Source: a virus (Duplodnaviria; Caudoviricetes). Taken from it: a stretch of 37,832 nucleotides of DNA. The notes below the pieces were generated by a model, which worked only from the letters and a program-made list of their open reading frames with translations, searched no databases and had not been told where the DNA came from. The position numbers and the translations under genes were made by a program. This document shows, piece by piece, positions 25,442 through 34,073 of the stretch; the stretch's first letter is position 1; every line of letters begins with the position of its first letter. The DNA is taken from positions 1-37,832 of the IMG/VR virus record IMGVR_UViG_3300036987_000262, one strand, 5' to 3'.

Positions 25442-26224
25442 TTACAAGATCAGTATGTTGTGGATGCAATTGGGGTGAAATATGCCCCCTGCCCTGGCAT
25501 CATCCAGAGTAGGATAGCCAGGTGTCTTGCCTGTCAGGCTCACAATCCGCCCCGCCCAATCCAGGCAATTTTCGCAGGTATAGCTTGTTGATTCGTCTGT
25601 TATCTGAACTAAATCCTGCTCATGTTCTAGGGCTCTGATTTCAGTTCCCTCAAGCATGGCCTCTCTTGTTACCAGTTGCCCCAGCATTTCTACGTAGGTT
25701 ACAATATTCCACTGTTTCCCGGCTGCATCTTTGAATCCGGTTATCCCCTGTTCTGCCAGCTTTTCCCTTTGGGCTTGAGCTACTTGCTCCAGGGTGTCTC
25801 GTTCTGATAACTCGCCTTTGAGTTGCTCCATGGAGAGAAGTCTAATAACCTGCTCCACTCGGCGCTTAATAACCGAATCGACCTCAACGAAGCTCTCAAA
25901 AGCATTGTCTGCCAAGATTTCTTTAGCTTTCTGAAACTGTGGTGTGGCTTCTTTGCTGCCCAAGGATCTGTCCACTTCAGAGGCAGCGAGATCAAAGAGC
26001 ATTTCGATTGCCTCATCACACCAGATGCGACTGCCGGCTAAGACTTCTTGCCTGATGAGATTGATATTCCGCTGTAAATCTGCCAGCTTTTGAAGATTGT
26101 TTGGAGCAATGAGGGCGTTGTTGTACTCTTTTAACAAATCCTTTTCAGCACCCTCGTACATTTGCACCAGGCGCTTTGCTTGGGCACCCGATAATGAGGA
26201 TTGCTGAATTGTCAGCTTAGCCAT
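25442..26224 (-). CDS. Phage minor capsid protein (MuF / Gp7-related)
   Basis: GITGFKD.AGKQW...YVEM, CENC..WAGRIVSLTG.TPGYPTL, GIFHPNC.H. Confidence 0.9.
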   Translation of the reverse strand: MAKLTIQQSSLSGAQAKRLVQMYEGAEKDLLKEYNNALIAPNNLQKLADLQRNINLIRQEVLAGSRIWCDEAIEMLFDLAASEVDRSLGSKEATPQFQKAKEILADNAFESFVEVDSVIKRRVEQVIRLLSMEQLKGELSERDTLEQVAQAQREKLAEQGITGFKDAAGKQWNIVTYVEMLGQLVTREAMLEGTEIRALEHEQDLVQITDESTSYTCENCLDWAGRIVSLTGKTPGYPTLDDARAGGIFHPNCIHNILIL

Positions 26225-27602
26225 TTAACTCCAGAGGAGGGAGCCTGCTCTTCGGTACAATCAGGGCAGCTTGCACACCACGCAGCCTGCCCAATTCTAT
26301 CTCATAAGCTTCGCTGCCTTCTTTTAGGCCCTGCAGTTCGAGCTTGCGTTCTAATGAGATTGCGCCCATTGCATCCCAAAGTTGTGCTGCTTTAGCGATC
26401 TCAATCTGGTCCTCAGGTATTCCGTCCTTGAGCTTGACGTGAATATCTTTGATTGCCACAATGGGAGGGTGCAATTGGGACCACAGATTCAGCACTCTTG
26501 GTATTGCTTCCTCTGCAGCTCGGGCATACTTTCCTACCTGGGCCAGGGTGGGGATGAGCCTGAATTTCAGGGCAGTCCCTGATACCGCAGCGCCGGCGTC
26601 CTTTCCTGCTAAAAGAACCTTGCTAAGCTGGAGCATCTGCAAGAGCTGATCCATCTTTTGCTCAATGGCTGCCTCTACATGGGCGAGCTGGGCGTCCCAG
26701 ACCATCAGGCCAGGCGGTACGTCCCCCGGCATTGTAAATATGGGCTCTCCCGGCCGGTAGACCCACTCACCCAGGCCGTGATCAAATACCGTGGCACTCT
26801 CCGGGATGATTGGTGTGGGCGCAGTAAACTTGGATTGCACCTCATCCCGTTCCGCAAATGAGATCTCCAGGGATTCGATTAAAGAGAGGATCGATGGCTT
26901 GTAATCCGAGCGCCCATAATATCGCTCACTGGAGAGCTGATTTTGCACATGGACCACCAAGACACTATCCACCTCTGGATTTTGTATGCCAAATTCATTA
27001 GCCGTTATGCTTGCAAATGCCAGGAAGTTGCTGAGCGGCACCGGTCCCGCTAATTTTGATCTGGCCAGCTCAAATACCAAGTGCTGGATCTGCCCTTTTG
27101 AGTGGATCGTGAACTTGATATATTCGCATTCCTTTCCATCAATATTTTTCTGTTTAAATTTAGCAAATAATACAAAATGCGTTATATCCTGAATGTTTGC
27201 TGGAGAGACTACCAGATACATATTTTCAGGATTGATAACCGCTATTCCTGTATCTGAAATCTCAAAGGCACCATGACCGTAGCGGCTGGCATCAATAAGG
27301 ACTTGATCATCTGGGCGTTTGGGGATAACCTTCATGGCCTCGGCTTTAACCTCTATCGGTTCGCCGAATGTGAGGTTTAAATAAGTCGTAGTGGCCAATT
27401 CAGGCCAGTCCAGGATGATTACTTGCTTTTTTTCGTTCTCTGCTTTGTCGGCAAGATAAGCAGCATAACGCGGGAAGACCTGGTCATGCAGCCCGTTATA
27501 AATCTGCCTCATTAGCGCGTGCTCAGTTATTCTGGCCGCCTCATCTTTATCCTCGGGAGGCCAGGGTTTGCCATCCCCAATAAAGCCCAGATCATTTAGC
27601 AT
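26217..27602 (-). CDS. Portal protein (SPP1 Gp6-like)
   Basis: 461 aa; WPP, YGRSDY, WDAQL, SGTALK, DGIP.D; lies between terminase and minor capsid. Confidence 0.9.
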   Translation of the reverse strand: MLNDLGFIGDGKPWPPEDKDEAARITEHALMRQIYNGLHDQVFPRYAAYLADKAENEKKQVIILDWPELATTTYLNLTFGEPIEVKAEAMKVIPKRPDDQVLIDASRYGHGAFEISDTGIAVINPENMYLVVSPANIQDITHFVLFAKFKQKNIDGKECEYIKFTIHSKGQIQHLVFELARSKLAGPVPLSNFLAFASITANEFGIQNPEVDSVLVVHVQNQLSSERYYGRSDYKPSILSLIESLEISFAERDEVQSKFTAPTPIIPESATVFDHGLGEWVYRPGEPIFTMPGDVPPGLMVWDAQLAHVEAAIEQKMDQLLQMLQLSKVLLAGKDAGAAVSGTALKFRLIPTLAQVGKYARAAEEAIPRVLNLWSQLHPPIVAIKDIHVKLKDGIPEDQIEIAKAAQLWDAMGAISLERKLELQGLKEGSEAYEIELGRLRGVQAALIVPKSRLPPLELNG

Positions 27603-27816
27603 TTGATATCTTCCCTGCCTCTTCGATAATCAGTTGGTCGTTCTGTTTGATCTTTTTGTAACACTCTTGACAGCAAAATCGATCTGTCAAGATGGTCGTA
27701 CCTAGCTTGTTTTGAGTCACACCGGGAAGGAAAGGCACAATTGGCGTGAATCTTATTTCCGCTATCGGTACAGGAAATTCCTTACCGATATCACCAGAAC
27801 AAATTAGGCACCTCAT
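27592..27816 (-). CDS. Small Zn-finger protein (74 aa)
   Basis: CLIC...CCQECY; GAGGTG SD region. Confidence 0.7.
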   Translation of the reverse strand: MRCLICSGDIGKEFPVPIAEIRFTPIVPFLPGVTQNKLGTTILTDRFCCQECYKKIKQNDQLIIEEAGKISNAK

Positions 27817-27818
27817 TC

Positions 27819-28514
27819 TTAATGCACCCTCCTCTCTAGGTCAGATTTATTCGGTTTCGTATCCAAAACGCCCGTTCTCCTTGGGCGTCTGGAATAGCGG
27901 TACTCGCCATACCAGGCAGATAGAGCCAGGCACAAAACCAGGTCGTCATGCTCAGATTCCCGCCATGCTGAATAAGAATCATGGCCAATGGTGTTTATCT
28001 TGAGCTTGAGGTTGGTTAATTCTCCTTTCAGTGGCTCGGCTAGTGGCAATGCCTCCGCTACCTTAATTCGCTGTGACTGGTAGATAGCCAGCAGGGCAAA
28101 GACCAGATCCCTTTTTGGTACATGGTAGCCCCCAATTACACGAGAGGGCGTATGGCCTGCTGTGATGGTAATTTCTATGACTTCCTTGTTTAGCGCAATC
28201 AGGCCGCTAGTGTCAGGTTTCATGAGTTTGGGATTGAACATATCACAAACCGGAGCCCCTACCCCAGTTTTATCAATGATTAGCAGGGGCGGTTCGCTGG
28301 CTTGCAGTTCCGGCTTTTTCAGTAGCGCCTCGACCTTCTCCACAATCAAAGGGTACGGCATCCCCCGCACCCGTTCCAGATAAGGTAGCTCATACTCGAA
28401 TCTGTGCCTCGACTCAATAAACTTCTGATGCAGGATGCCAAGGGCCGTGTAGTCGTTGGCCTGTCCTAGATCCAGGCCGACTAAATAGCGATGCTCTTGT
28501 TTAGGCGATTGCAA
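27819..28514 (-). CDS. terL: Terminase large subunit, stand-alone RNase H-like nuclease domain
   Basis: GLDLGQANDYTA, IDKTGVG, HDDLVLCLAL; own GGAGGT SD 8 nt before the TTG at 28514. Confidence 0.88.
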   Translation of the reverse strand: MQSPKQEHRYLVGLDLGQANDYTALGILHQKFIESRHRFEYELPYLERVRGMPYPLIVEKVEALLKKPELQASEPPLLIIDKTGVGAPVCDMFNPKLMKPDTSGLIALNKEVIEITITAGHTPSRVIGGYHVPKRDLVFALLAIYQSQRIKVAEALPLAEPLKGELTNLKLKINTIGHDSYSAWRESEHDDLVLCLALSAWYGEYRYSRRPRRTGVLDTKPNKSDLERRVH

Positions 28515-29310
28515 GAACCTGTACCTCCGATGTAAACGCTTGTGCAACTATGTCATAACTGAAGAGCTGGCTATCCGTGTCTGTGAACTGGTTGAAATAT
28601 TCCTGTTTCCAGAACAGCTCGGGCATTCCATCGTCAAGCTCCTGCTGCAAGAACTCCCTGGAGATCCTGGGGCACTGGTGGGCACTAATCTCGTACTTCT
28701 CCCAGCCTTTAGCTGTGGTCCAGGTGTCATGAAAATGGCCCCGCTTGCCAAAGGGCGTGGACATCATTATATACCGACCACCTGAGACCGCCAACATGGG
28801 CGAGACTGAGCGTTTTAAGAGGTCATCCACCCAAGCCGCCTCATCCTCCAGGAGGAGAGTTACGGCAGATTTACCGCGGGAGGTCTTAGCGGACCCTGGC
28901 CGAGCAATGAACCTGTTGCCGTTGCTGAACTTCACGGCAAGCTTGGTGTCCGTGTCTAAGTACTCAGAGGTGAGCTCCACAGCTTGGCGGAACTCGTCAA
29001 ACTTCATCATGAGTTCGCCGCTCTGATCCTGGCTGGGTGCTATGGCCATTCCAAAAGAGGGGCGCCTGTAAATGGACTCATGCAGCCCCAGGGCGGCGCA
29101 GATAGTGCTTTTCCCACTTTGCCGGGAGCAGTTGAGAATAATCCTCTTAGCCCTGGACCGCAAAAGGTCAGCCTGCCATGGGTCCGGTTTGATTCCCAGA
29201 ACCTCCTTAATCCAGATGGCAGGATCGAGAGCATAAAGCAGGTCATCGCTATTTTTCCATTTTATCCTGTGTACCTGCTTGCTGCTCTTTCTGCGCCTCT
29301 TAAACGTCAT
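28501..29310 (-). CDS. terL: Terminase large subunit, stand-alone ATPase domain
   Basis: PWQ, Walker A SRQSGKST, Walker B LLLEDEAA, STP coupling motif, QEY. Confidence 0.92.
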   Translation of the reverse strand: MTFKRRRKSSKQVHRIKWKNSDDLLYALDPAIWIKEVLGIKPDPWQADLLRSRAKRIILNCSRQSGKSTICAALGLHESIYRRPSFGMAIAPSQDQSGELMMKFDEFRQAVELTSEYLDTDTKLAVKFSNGNRFIARPGSAKTSRGKSAVTLLLEDEAAWVDDLLKRSVSPMLAVSGGRYIMMSTPFGKRGHFHDTWTTAKGWEKYEISAHQCPRISREFLQQELDDGMPELFWKQEYFNQFTDTDSQLFSYDIVAQAFTSEVQVLAIA

Positions 29311-29858
29311 CCTCTGAGGTCCTTCAGAGCCTCAATGATCTTCTTTTGCACCTCTGGGTGGTCTTCAACTGCTTTCAGGATCGCTACCCTGGCCTCCTCC
29401 CAGTCAGACATAGCCTGAGCTATGATTCCTTCTGCATCGTCACCTGAGAGCTCCATCTCCAGCTTTGCAGCTTCAAAGAGCATATGCATGCCAATTGGCC
29501 AGTAGACGGAGGCCGATCCCAGGGTTAAGGTGTGCTCGGACCCATCCGAGACCTGGAATTTATCACCTAAATTCATCTCCAGGAGTTGCTTTGCTCTCTT
29601 CAGACCCAGGTGCAGCACATCCAGAGTCTTTACTACTTCCTCGACTGCCTGGCCTCTGGCCTCTTCATGCTTCTGGGCCCTGATATCTTTGGCATCCTTC
29701 ACCAGTCCTTTTAATCCCCAGACCGCCACCTTGTAGCGGTTGATTGTCGAGTAGAGGTTAGGGTTCCCCAGTTCCCTAGCTATCGCCCTGGGACTTTTCT
29801 TGTCAGCAAATCCTTTCTCGATCAGGTCGATAAAAGGAGCCAGGGATTCGAATGCCAT
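29307..29858 (-). CDS. Putative terminase small subunit (N-terminal HTH)
   Basis: SPRAIARELG...YSTINRY HTH; its stop overlaps the TerL ATG. Likely start is MAFESL at 29858. Confidence 0.7.
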   Translation of the reverse strand: MAFESLAPFIDLIEKGFADKKSPRAIARELGNPNLYSTINRYKVAVWGLKGLVKDAKDIRAQKHEEARGQAVEEVVKTLDVLHLGLKRAKQLLEMNLGDKFQVSDGSEHTLTLGSASVYWPIGMHMLFEAAKLEMELSGDDAEGIIAQAMSDWEEARVAILKAVEDHPEVQKKIIEALKDLRG

Positions 29859-29876
29859 AGATATGTCCTTAGGTAG

Positions 29877-30161
29877 TGATGCAAAGAAATTCGTGATGCA
29901 GAACTGGACTGATGCAAACTGATGCAAAGCCATCCGGCAGGCAGTGACCCTATTAGGCCGACTGATGTACTGATGCAAAATGATGCAAAGTTAAGGCTTG
30001 CCCGTTTTAGATGCTTCCCTTAAAATGTGCTGCTCAAGATGGATCAATAGATTGATGTGGTAGAGGATTGCGTTTATTGTCCGTGCTGGCGAGCCGGAAT
30101 ATGCTGCACTCGTCTTGCAATCCGTTTGCATGCTTGCATCACTTTGCATCAATTTGCATCA
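29877..30161. repeat. Two opposed arrays of TGATGCAAA motifs (candidate packaging or regulatory site)
   Basis: Direct copies at 29877, 29894 (1 mismatch), 29910, 29920, 29971 and 29981; inverted copies at 30133 (1 mismatch), 30143 and 30153. Confidence 0.85.
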
Positions 30162-30440
30162 CATCTCGATCTGCACATCAGCCGGTACAGGTCCGTGTCC
30201 CATCTCCGTGAACCAACAGATTGGATCAACACCTTTGCCTTGCTTCTTTGACCAGGCTATGAATCCCTGCCTGGTAAGCCAGAGCTGAGTAGTCGTTCTG
30301 TAAAGCCTCTCCTGGCCTGCTGGTTTTCTTGTTCCGCATGGTATGATTCTGTCTTCAAGATCCTGCGCTATGCACTCTGCTGCCTGGGCTCCGGTAGGGG
30401 ATTCTCCGCAGCAATTGAATCCTTCATCTTCATCAGCCAT
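30159..30440 (-). CDS. Hypothetical protein (93 aa)
   Basis: AGGAGA SD; same strand as the late operon. Confidence 0.65.
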   Translation of the reverse strand: MADEDEGFNCCGESPTGAQAAECIAQDLEDRIIPCGTRKPAGQERLYRTTTQLWLTRQGFIAWSKKQGKGVDPICWFTEMGHGPVPADVQIEM

Positions 30441-30453
30441 TTGTTAATTCTCC

Positions 30454-30564
30454 TTAATTTGGGCCTCTCGTCATGCCGGCATACCTGGCCAGGAACTTGA
30501 TTTGGTTCAGGTCTAGCTTTCGGCCTGCAATTTCAGGAGGCAGAGGATACTGCTGAGTAGGCAT
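30454..30564 (-). CDS. Possible small protein (36 aa, MPTQQYPLPPE...)
   Basis: Non-overlapping part of the 30454-30672 track ORF. Confidence 0.35.
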   Translation of the reverse strand: MPTQQYPLPPEIAGRKLDLNQIKFLARYAGMTRGPN

Positions 30565-30620
30565 GCTTTGCCTTTTCTTCTTCAGCCGGGCTGTAGCTTT
30601 GCTTTTAGCAGTTGGTGGGT

Positions 30621-31115
30621 CTATGATCCCACCACCACTGTAGAATTGAGCTTGAACCTGCCGGAGTGCCACAAGCTAGAGATCTCCACGGGCCGGCTAA
30701 ACTTACCTGGTGCAAGAACCTTCTCCCGAACCTTACCATTTCCAGAGGCCGAAAAGAATGTAGTTCTGGTCAAATTCTCTCCGTCTAAAGATGACAAGAT
30801 TTTAGCTGTGGCGTTTAGATCAGAAGAATTGCGGATCCGTAAAGAATGGCCCTCTGTAGCTACGTAGTAACTGCTCTGATTACCTATGGCTCTTAGTCCT
30901 TGGAAGTTCTGAAAAGGTGTTAAGACCTGGCCGTAATAGATGGACTCTGCACCCCTAGTAAGAACTCCGCCTTTTATTCCGTTGTAATTGCGATCTGTCT
31001 GAAGGTCTCCCTCTCCTGAGAAATCTTCTCGAAACTCTATTGTGCATTGGCCAGGGCTGAAATGCAGATAGAGGATGAAAATCGTGATTAGCAACAGTTT
31101 AGAATAATGATACAA
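30621..31115 (-). CDS. Secreted beta-rich hypothetical protein (164 aa)
   Basis: GAGGAGGAG SD; signal-like LLLITIFILYLHFSPGQC. Confidence 0.75.
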   Translation of the reverse strand: MYHYSKLLLITIFILYLHFSPGQCTIEFREDFSGEGDLQTDRNYNGIKGGVLTRGAESIYYGQVLTPFQNFQGLRAIGNQSSYYVATEGHSLRIRNSSDLNATAKILSSLDGENLTRTTFFSASGNGKVREKVLAPGKFSRPVEISSLWHSGRFKLNSTVVVGS

Positions 31116-31170
31116 TTATTACTCCTCCTCTCCCTACCCTCGCTGGTAGGAATTTTCATGAAGAGATGCC

Positions 31171-31434
31171 TTATCCCTTCACATGTTTCAGCAAGCCCCA
31201 CAACATATCTTGCAAAGTTCTTATGGCACCGTAATCCTGGGCCATGGCCAGAACCTTGGAAATCTCCTCGGATGATACCTGGTCATCATCTGTTATCTCA
31301 TCCAGGGCACAGACGCCCATTGCCACGCACTTGAGGCTTTTCTTGAATGCGACCCACGCATTCGGGTTAGCCAATTTTAGAGAGGCAATTCCTGCTGTTA
31401 TTAGTTTCGAACCTGTGTCTTCAATAATTCTCAT
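31171..31434 (-). CDS. Hypothetical protein (87 aa), probably the first gene of the late operon
   Basis: GGAGA SD; D...SSEEI EF-hand-like loop. Confidence 0.65.
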   Translation of the reverse strand: MRIIEDTGSKLITAGIASLKLANPNAWVAFKKSLKCVAMGVCALDEITDDDQVSSEEISKVLAMAQDYGAIRTLQDMLWGLLKHVKG

Positions 31435-31759
31435 GGTCCTTTTCTCCTAATCCCCAGGCTCACCCCTGGGTATTTCTGGGACGCTCGCGTCCCGAGGCAT
31501 TCATGCACAGGCTGCCGGCAAGGCAGCTCTAAAAGCAAGACCGCCCTGAGGGAAGACGGAGGCCCTGCAAAGAAGGCGGCACGTTTCCCAAAGGGCGGTC
31601 TATTTCCGGGCAGAGGTCGGGGCCAAAAATGGGGAGCATAATTCATTTAGTGAGGGAAAATGCGGGAATATGCATCGACCCGGCCCCTGCTTTCCGGTGT
31701 TGACGTGAATTGGCATAATGACTCTTTTCCATCGCACAAACCCTGCTTTACGGGTAGGA

Positions 31760-31782
31760 AAAGATGCTTATAAAATTGTGCT
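31760..31782 (-). promoter_or_regulatory. Candidate late promoter TATA box (TTTTATAA)
   Basis: TATA-like element between 31858 and the structural operon; strand is ambiguous. Confidence 0.45.
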
Positions 31783-31857
31783 GAATAGAATTGGCACGAT
31801 AATCGCTACGAAGAGCCCTATTACAAAGGCAGTCCGCAAGCCTTGCGAAACTCCAGC

Positions 31858-32118
31858 CTATTTTTCTTGTAGTAGATCCCTCAGAACGGGGTAATGAGGG
31901 CCTCTGCCCCAGACATTACGGCGCTTGCGGTAATCGATTTTGCGCTTTCCCTCAAATTTGAGCACTCCAGCGACCTGCAAGACCTTGGCTATGCCCTGGG
32001 TGGGAAGACCCAGCTCTTTGTAATCCACCTTCTCATGGGTTTCCAGGATCAAGAGCGAATCTGGATCAGCGCCAGCGTCCGCTAGCATTCGTAAAGTATC
32101 CTTTGGCCTGAACGGCAT
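31858..32118 (-). CDS. Hypothetical protein, possibly winged-helix (86 aa)
   Basis: GAGGT SD; L...GVLK..G.R......NVW..G pattern. Confidence 0.7.
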   Translation of the reverse strand: MPFRPKDTLRMLADAGADPDSLLILETHEKVDYKELGLPTQGIAKVLQVAGVLKFEGKRKIDYRKRRNVWGRGPHYPVLRDLLQEK

Positions 32119-32126
32119 AAAAACCT

Positions 32127-32345
32127 CTATTTCTGCTTTGCCAACTCTGCTGCCTTAGCCCAATCTTCCGGCGTTGGGGCTCGGGGGAGGTAGACCACAG
32201 AGCCGGGAGCTTCACCCATCTCTTCGGCATAGATCTCCTCCAGCTCTGGATCGGCCTCAATCATGGCCAGCAGCTCCCTGTCGAGCTTGGCCATCTCTTT
32301 GAATAGCGCCTCTTCTTCCATCTCAAAGAACATATCTGGCTTCAT
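32127..32345 (-). CDS. Small acidic hypothetical protein (72 aa)
   Basis: TAATG coupling with the upstream gene. Confidence 0.7.
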   Translation of the reverse strand: MKPDMFFEMEEEALFKEMAKLDRELLAMIEADPELEEIYAEEMGEAPGSVVYLPRAPTPEDWAKAAELAKQK

Positions 32346-32644
32346 TATTTAAATATTATTCTGCCTCTCTTTTGCTCTTTCAGCCTCCTGTAGCGCTCTA
32401 TATCCTGCCTTGATTTTCTCCTGGGCTGCGACTTTTTGGGTTCAGTCCCGCAAACCGGGCAACAAGGAATCTGTCGCTTATCGAAAGTTACGGCATCCTG
32501 CTTGCAATGCGGGCACATTCGAGGCCGGAAGAGGGTGATATCCTCAAGCACTACCTTCTCAAAACCCCAGAAACGGCCAGCTTTGCCACCGTGATGTTCA
32601 GTGGCAAGTCTTGTCCCAGGTTCCCGGAGGGGCTCAAGAAACAT
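32345..32644 (-). CDS. Zn-ribbon protein with a basic tail (99 aa)
   Basis: CPHC...CPVCG; TATA-like CTTAAATA upstream near 32720. Confidence 0.7.
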   Translation of the reverse strand: MFLEPLREPGTRLATEHHGGKAGRFWGFEKVVLEDITLFRPRMCPHCKQDAVTFDKRQIPCCPVCGTEPKKSQPRRKSRQDIERYRRLKEQKRGRIIFK

Positions 32645-32752
32645 CGACAGAGTCCCCCAGAAGAGATCTGCTCACGAGCGGGAAAGCCTGAGCATTAAAA
32701 GGATCAGTAATTCTTATTATATTTAAGGATTTGTAATAAGGTAAGGTACAAT

Positions 32753-33022
32753 TCACCTCTGCACCTCCAAAGTAATATCAGATAGATCGGCATGGAGGGG
32801 CTCTAACTGGTCCATGAAAGCCCTGGCCAGGGCCTCAATATCGTTATCCAGCCCTGGAAGGTGCATCATGCGGGCCATCTCGGCCATGATCAAGAAGCTC
32901 ATCTGAAGGTCAGATGGAAAGCTATGCATGTCGTATTCGTCTTCCCTGAGGCGGGCTGTGATCTCCTCCAGGGCGGTCCTGGTGCTCTCCAAGGCCACGG
33001 AGCAGGGGCGGCACATCCTCAA
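32753..33022 (-). CDS. Hypothetical protein (89 aa)
   Basis: GGAGGTG SD with a TTG start overlapping the upstream stop; CRPC. Confidence 0.65.
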   Translation of the reverse strand: MRMCRPCSVALESTRTALEEITARLREDEYDMHSFPSDLQMSFLIMAEMARMMHLPGLDNDIEALARAFMDQLEPLHADLSDITLEVQR

Positions 33023-33189
33023 TCCGCCACCTCCTGGGTCTCGACAGTCACCAAGACGCGCTTTCCCTTCGCTTCCTCAAGGAACTGGTTTGCGTCTCCG
33101 ATGATAGACCCAGGCATTTCCAGGCTGAAATGGACGGAGCCCATCATGCCGAAGCTGGTCAGAAGAGTACCCGCAAACTCCTTCTTCAT
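33019..33189 (-). CDS. Small hypothetical protein (56 aa, MKKEFAGTLL...)
   Basis: Hand translation; its stop overlaps the next start. Confidence 0.55.
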   Translation of the reverse strand: MKKEFAGTLLTSFGMMGSVHFSLEMPGSIIGDANQFLEEAKGKRVLVTVETQEVAD

Positions 33190-33429
33190 GAGGTCGCCCC
33201 CATTAGAGCGACCTCTTGCCAGGGCTCATAGGCCTGGCTATTGATACCCACAATTTGGCACATCTCGCTCACCACATTTCTTTTGCAAAATCCTGGTGAA
33301 ACGCGATCTACAGGCTAGCCCGGAGAAGCAGATGTTTTACCCCTGCCAAGCGCCCACACGCTTAGGCAGGAACGAAGACGCCTCTCACACATGCCACCTG
33401 CACAAACCCACCTCACCAAATAATTGGAT

Positions 33430-33610
33430 ATTTCACGACTATTTAAATATTGTAGCAGTATGAGGAAAAAAACTAAGCTTAGTTTTGATCAAGTAAAATT
33501 TACATAAATATACGAAGCATAACGATTAATCGTATGAACTTTATGAATATATAGTTTCAATTCATGCAAAACTGTTTTATATTTTGTTGGCCACGGCAAA
33601 TATAGAATAA
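33430..33610. promoter_or_regulatory. AT-rich divergent promoter region with palindromic operators
   Basis: TATTTAAATA at 33440; perfect palindromes AAAACTAAGCTTAGTTTT (33469-33486) and ACGATTAATCGT (33522-33533); genes diverge here. Confidence 0.65.
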
Positions 33611-33806
33611 GTAGTAAGAAACCTGTCTACAAGTGGGGGATGAAGGCAGGGAAGAATTAGGTCTTCGCGACGAAAAAGTATGGGCTTCTTCGTCGCAAAG
33701 CTTTGCAAAGCCAGTGGTGAGATGGTTTTGCGATGTGCCGACCTGCCTGAAATCTAGCGCCGATACATTCAGCCATGGCTAACCTAGAAGTAAAGAGGCA
33801 AGTCAG

Positions 33807-34073
33807 ATGATATATGTAGAGCGAAAAGATAAAAGGCTTTGCTTTCCAGCCGGGTGCACCGCAACAAGCTTTTTTGGTCTCGCTGCAGCCCAAAATCAAA
33901 CGGCTACGGCACATTCGAACAGCAAGATGCAGTGTGCTACATATAAAATTAAGAGAGCAAGAGTGACAAGGAGAGCTGCCCTTGCTCTCCCAGGCCTGAT
34001 GCGAGTCTTTGGGAGGTTCGCACCACAGCAAGCAATCATGAATCTCGTAGCGAGCTGGGGTTTTCAGGCATGA
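33807..34073 (+). CDS. Hypothetical leader protein (88 aa)
   Basis: ATGA overlap with the 34070 gene. Confidence 0.45.
   Translation: MIYVERKDKRLCFPAGCTATSFFGLAAAQNQTATAHSNSKMQCATYKIKRARVTRRAALALPGLMRVFGRFAPQQAIMNLVASWGFQA

Noticed and set aside
28501-28547. Terminase pseudogene or programmed frameshift
   Set aside because: The break is at the domain boundary, the second half has its own SD and TTG, and no slippery heptamer is seen.
29859-29978. N-terminal extension of TerS given by the ORF track
   Set aside because: It is a translation of the TGATGCAAA repeat array (HQFAS-type peptides); the ATG at 29858 is the more plausible start.
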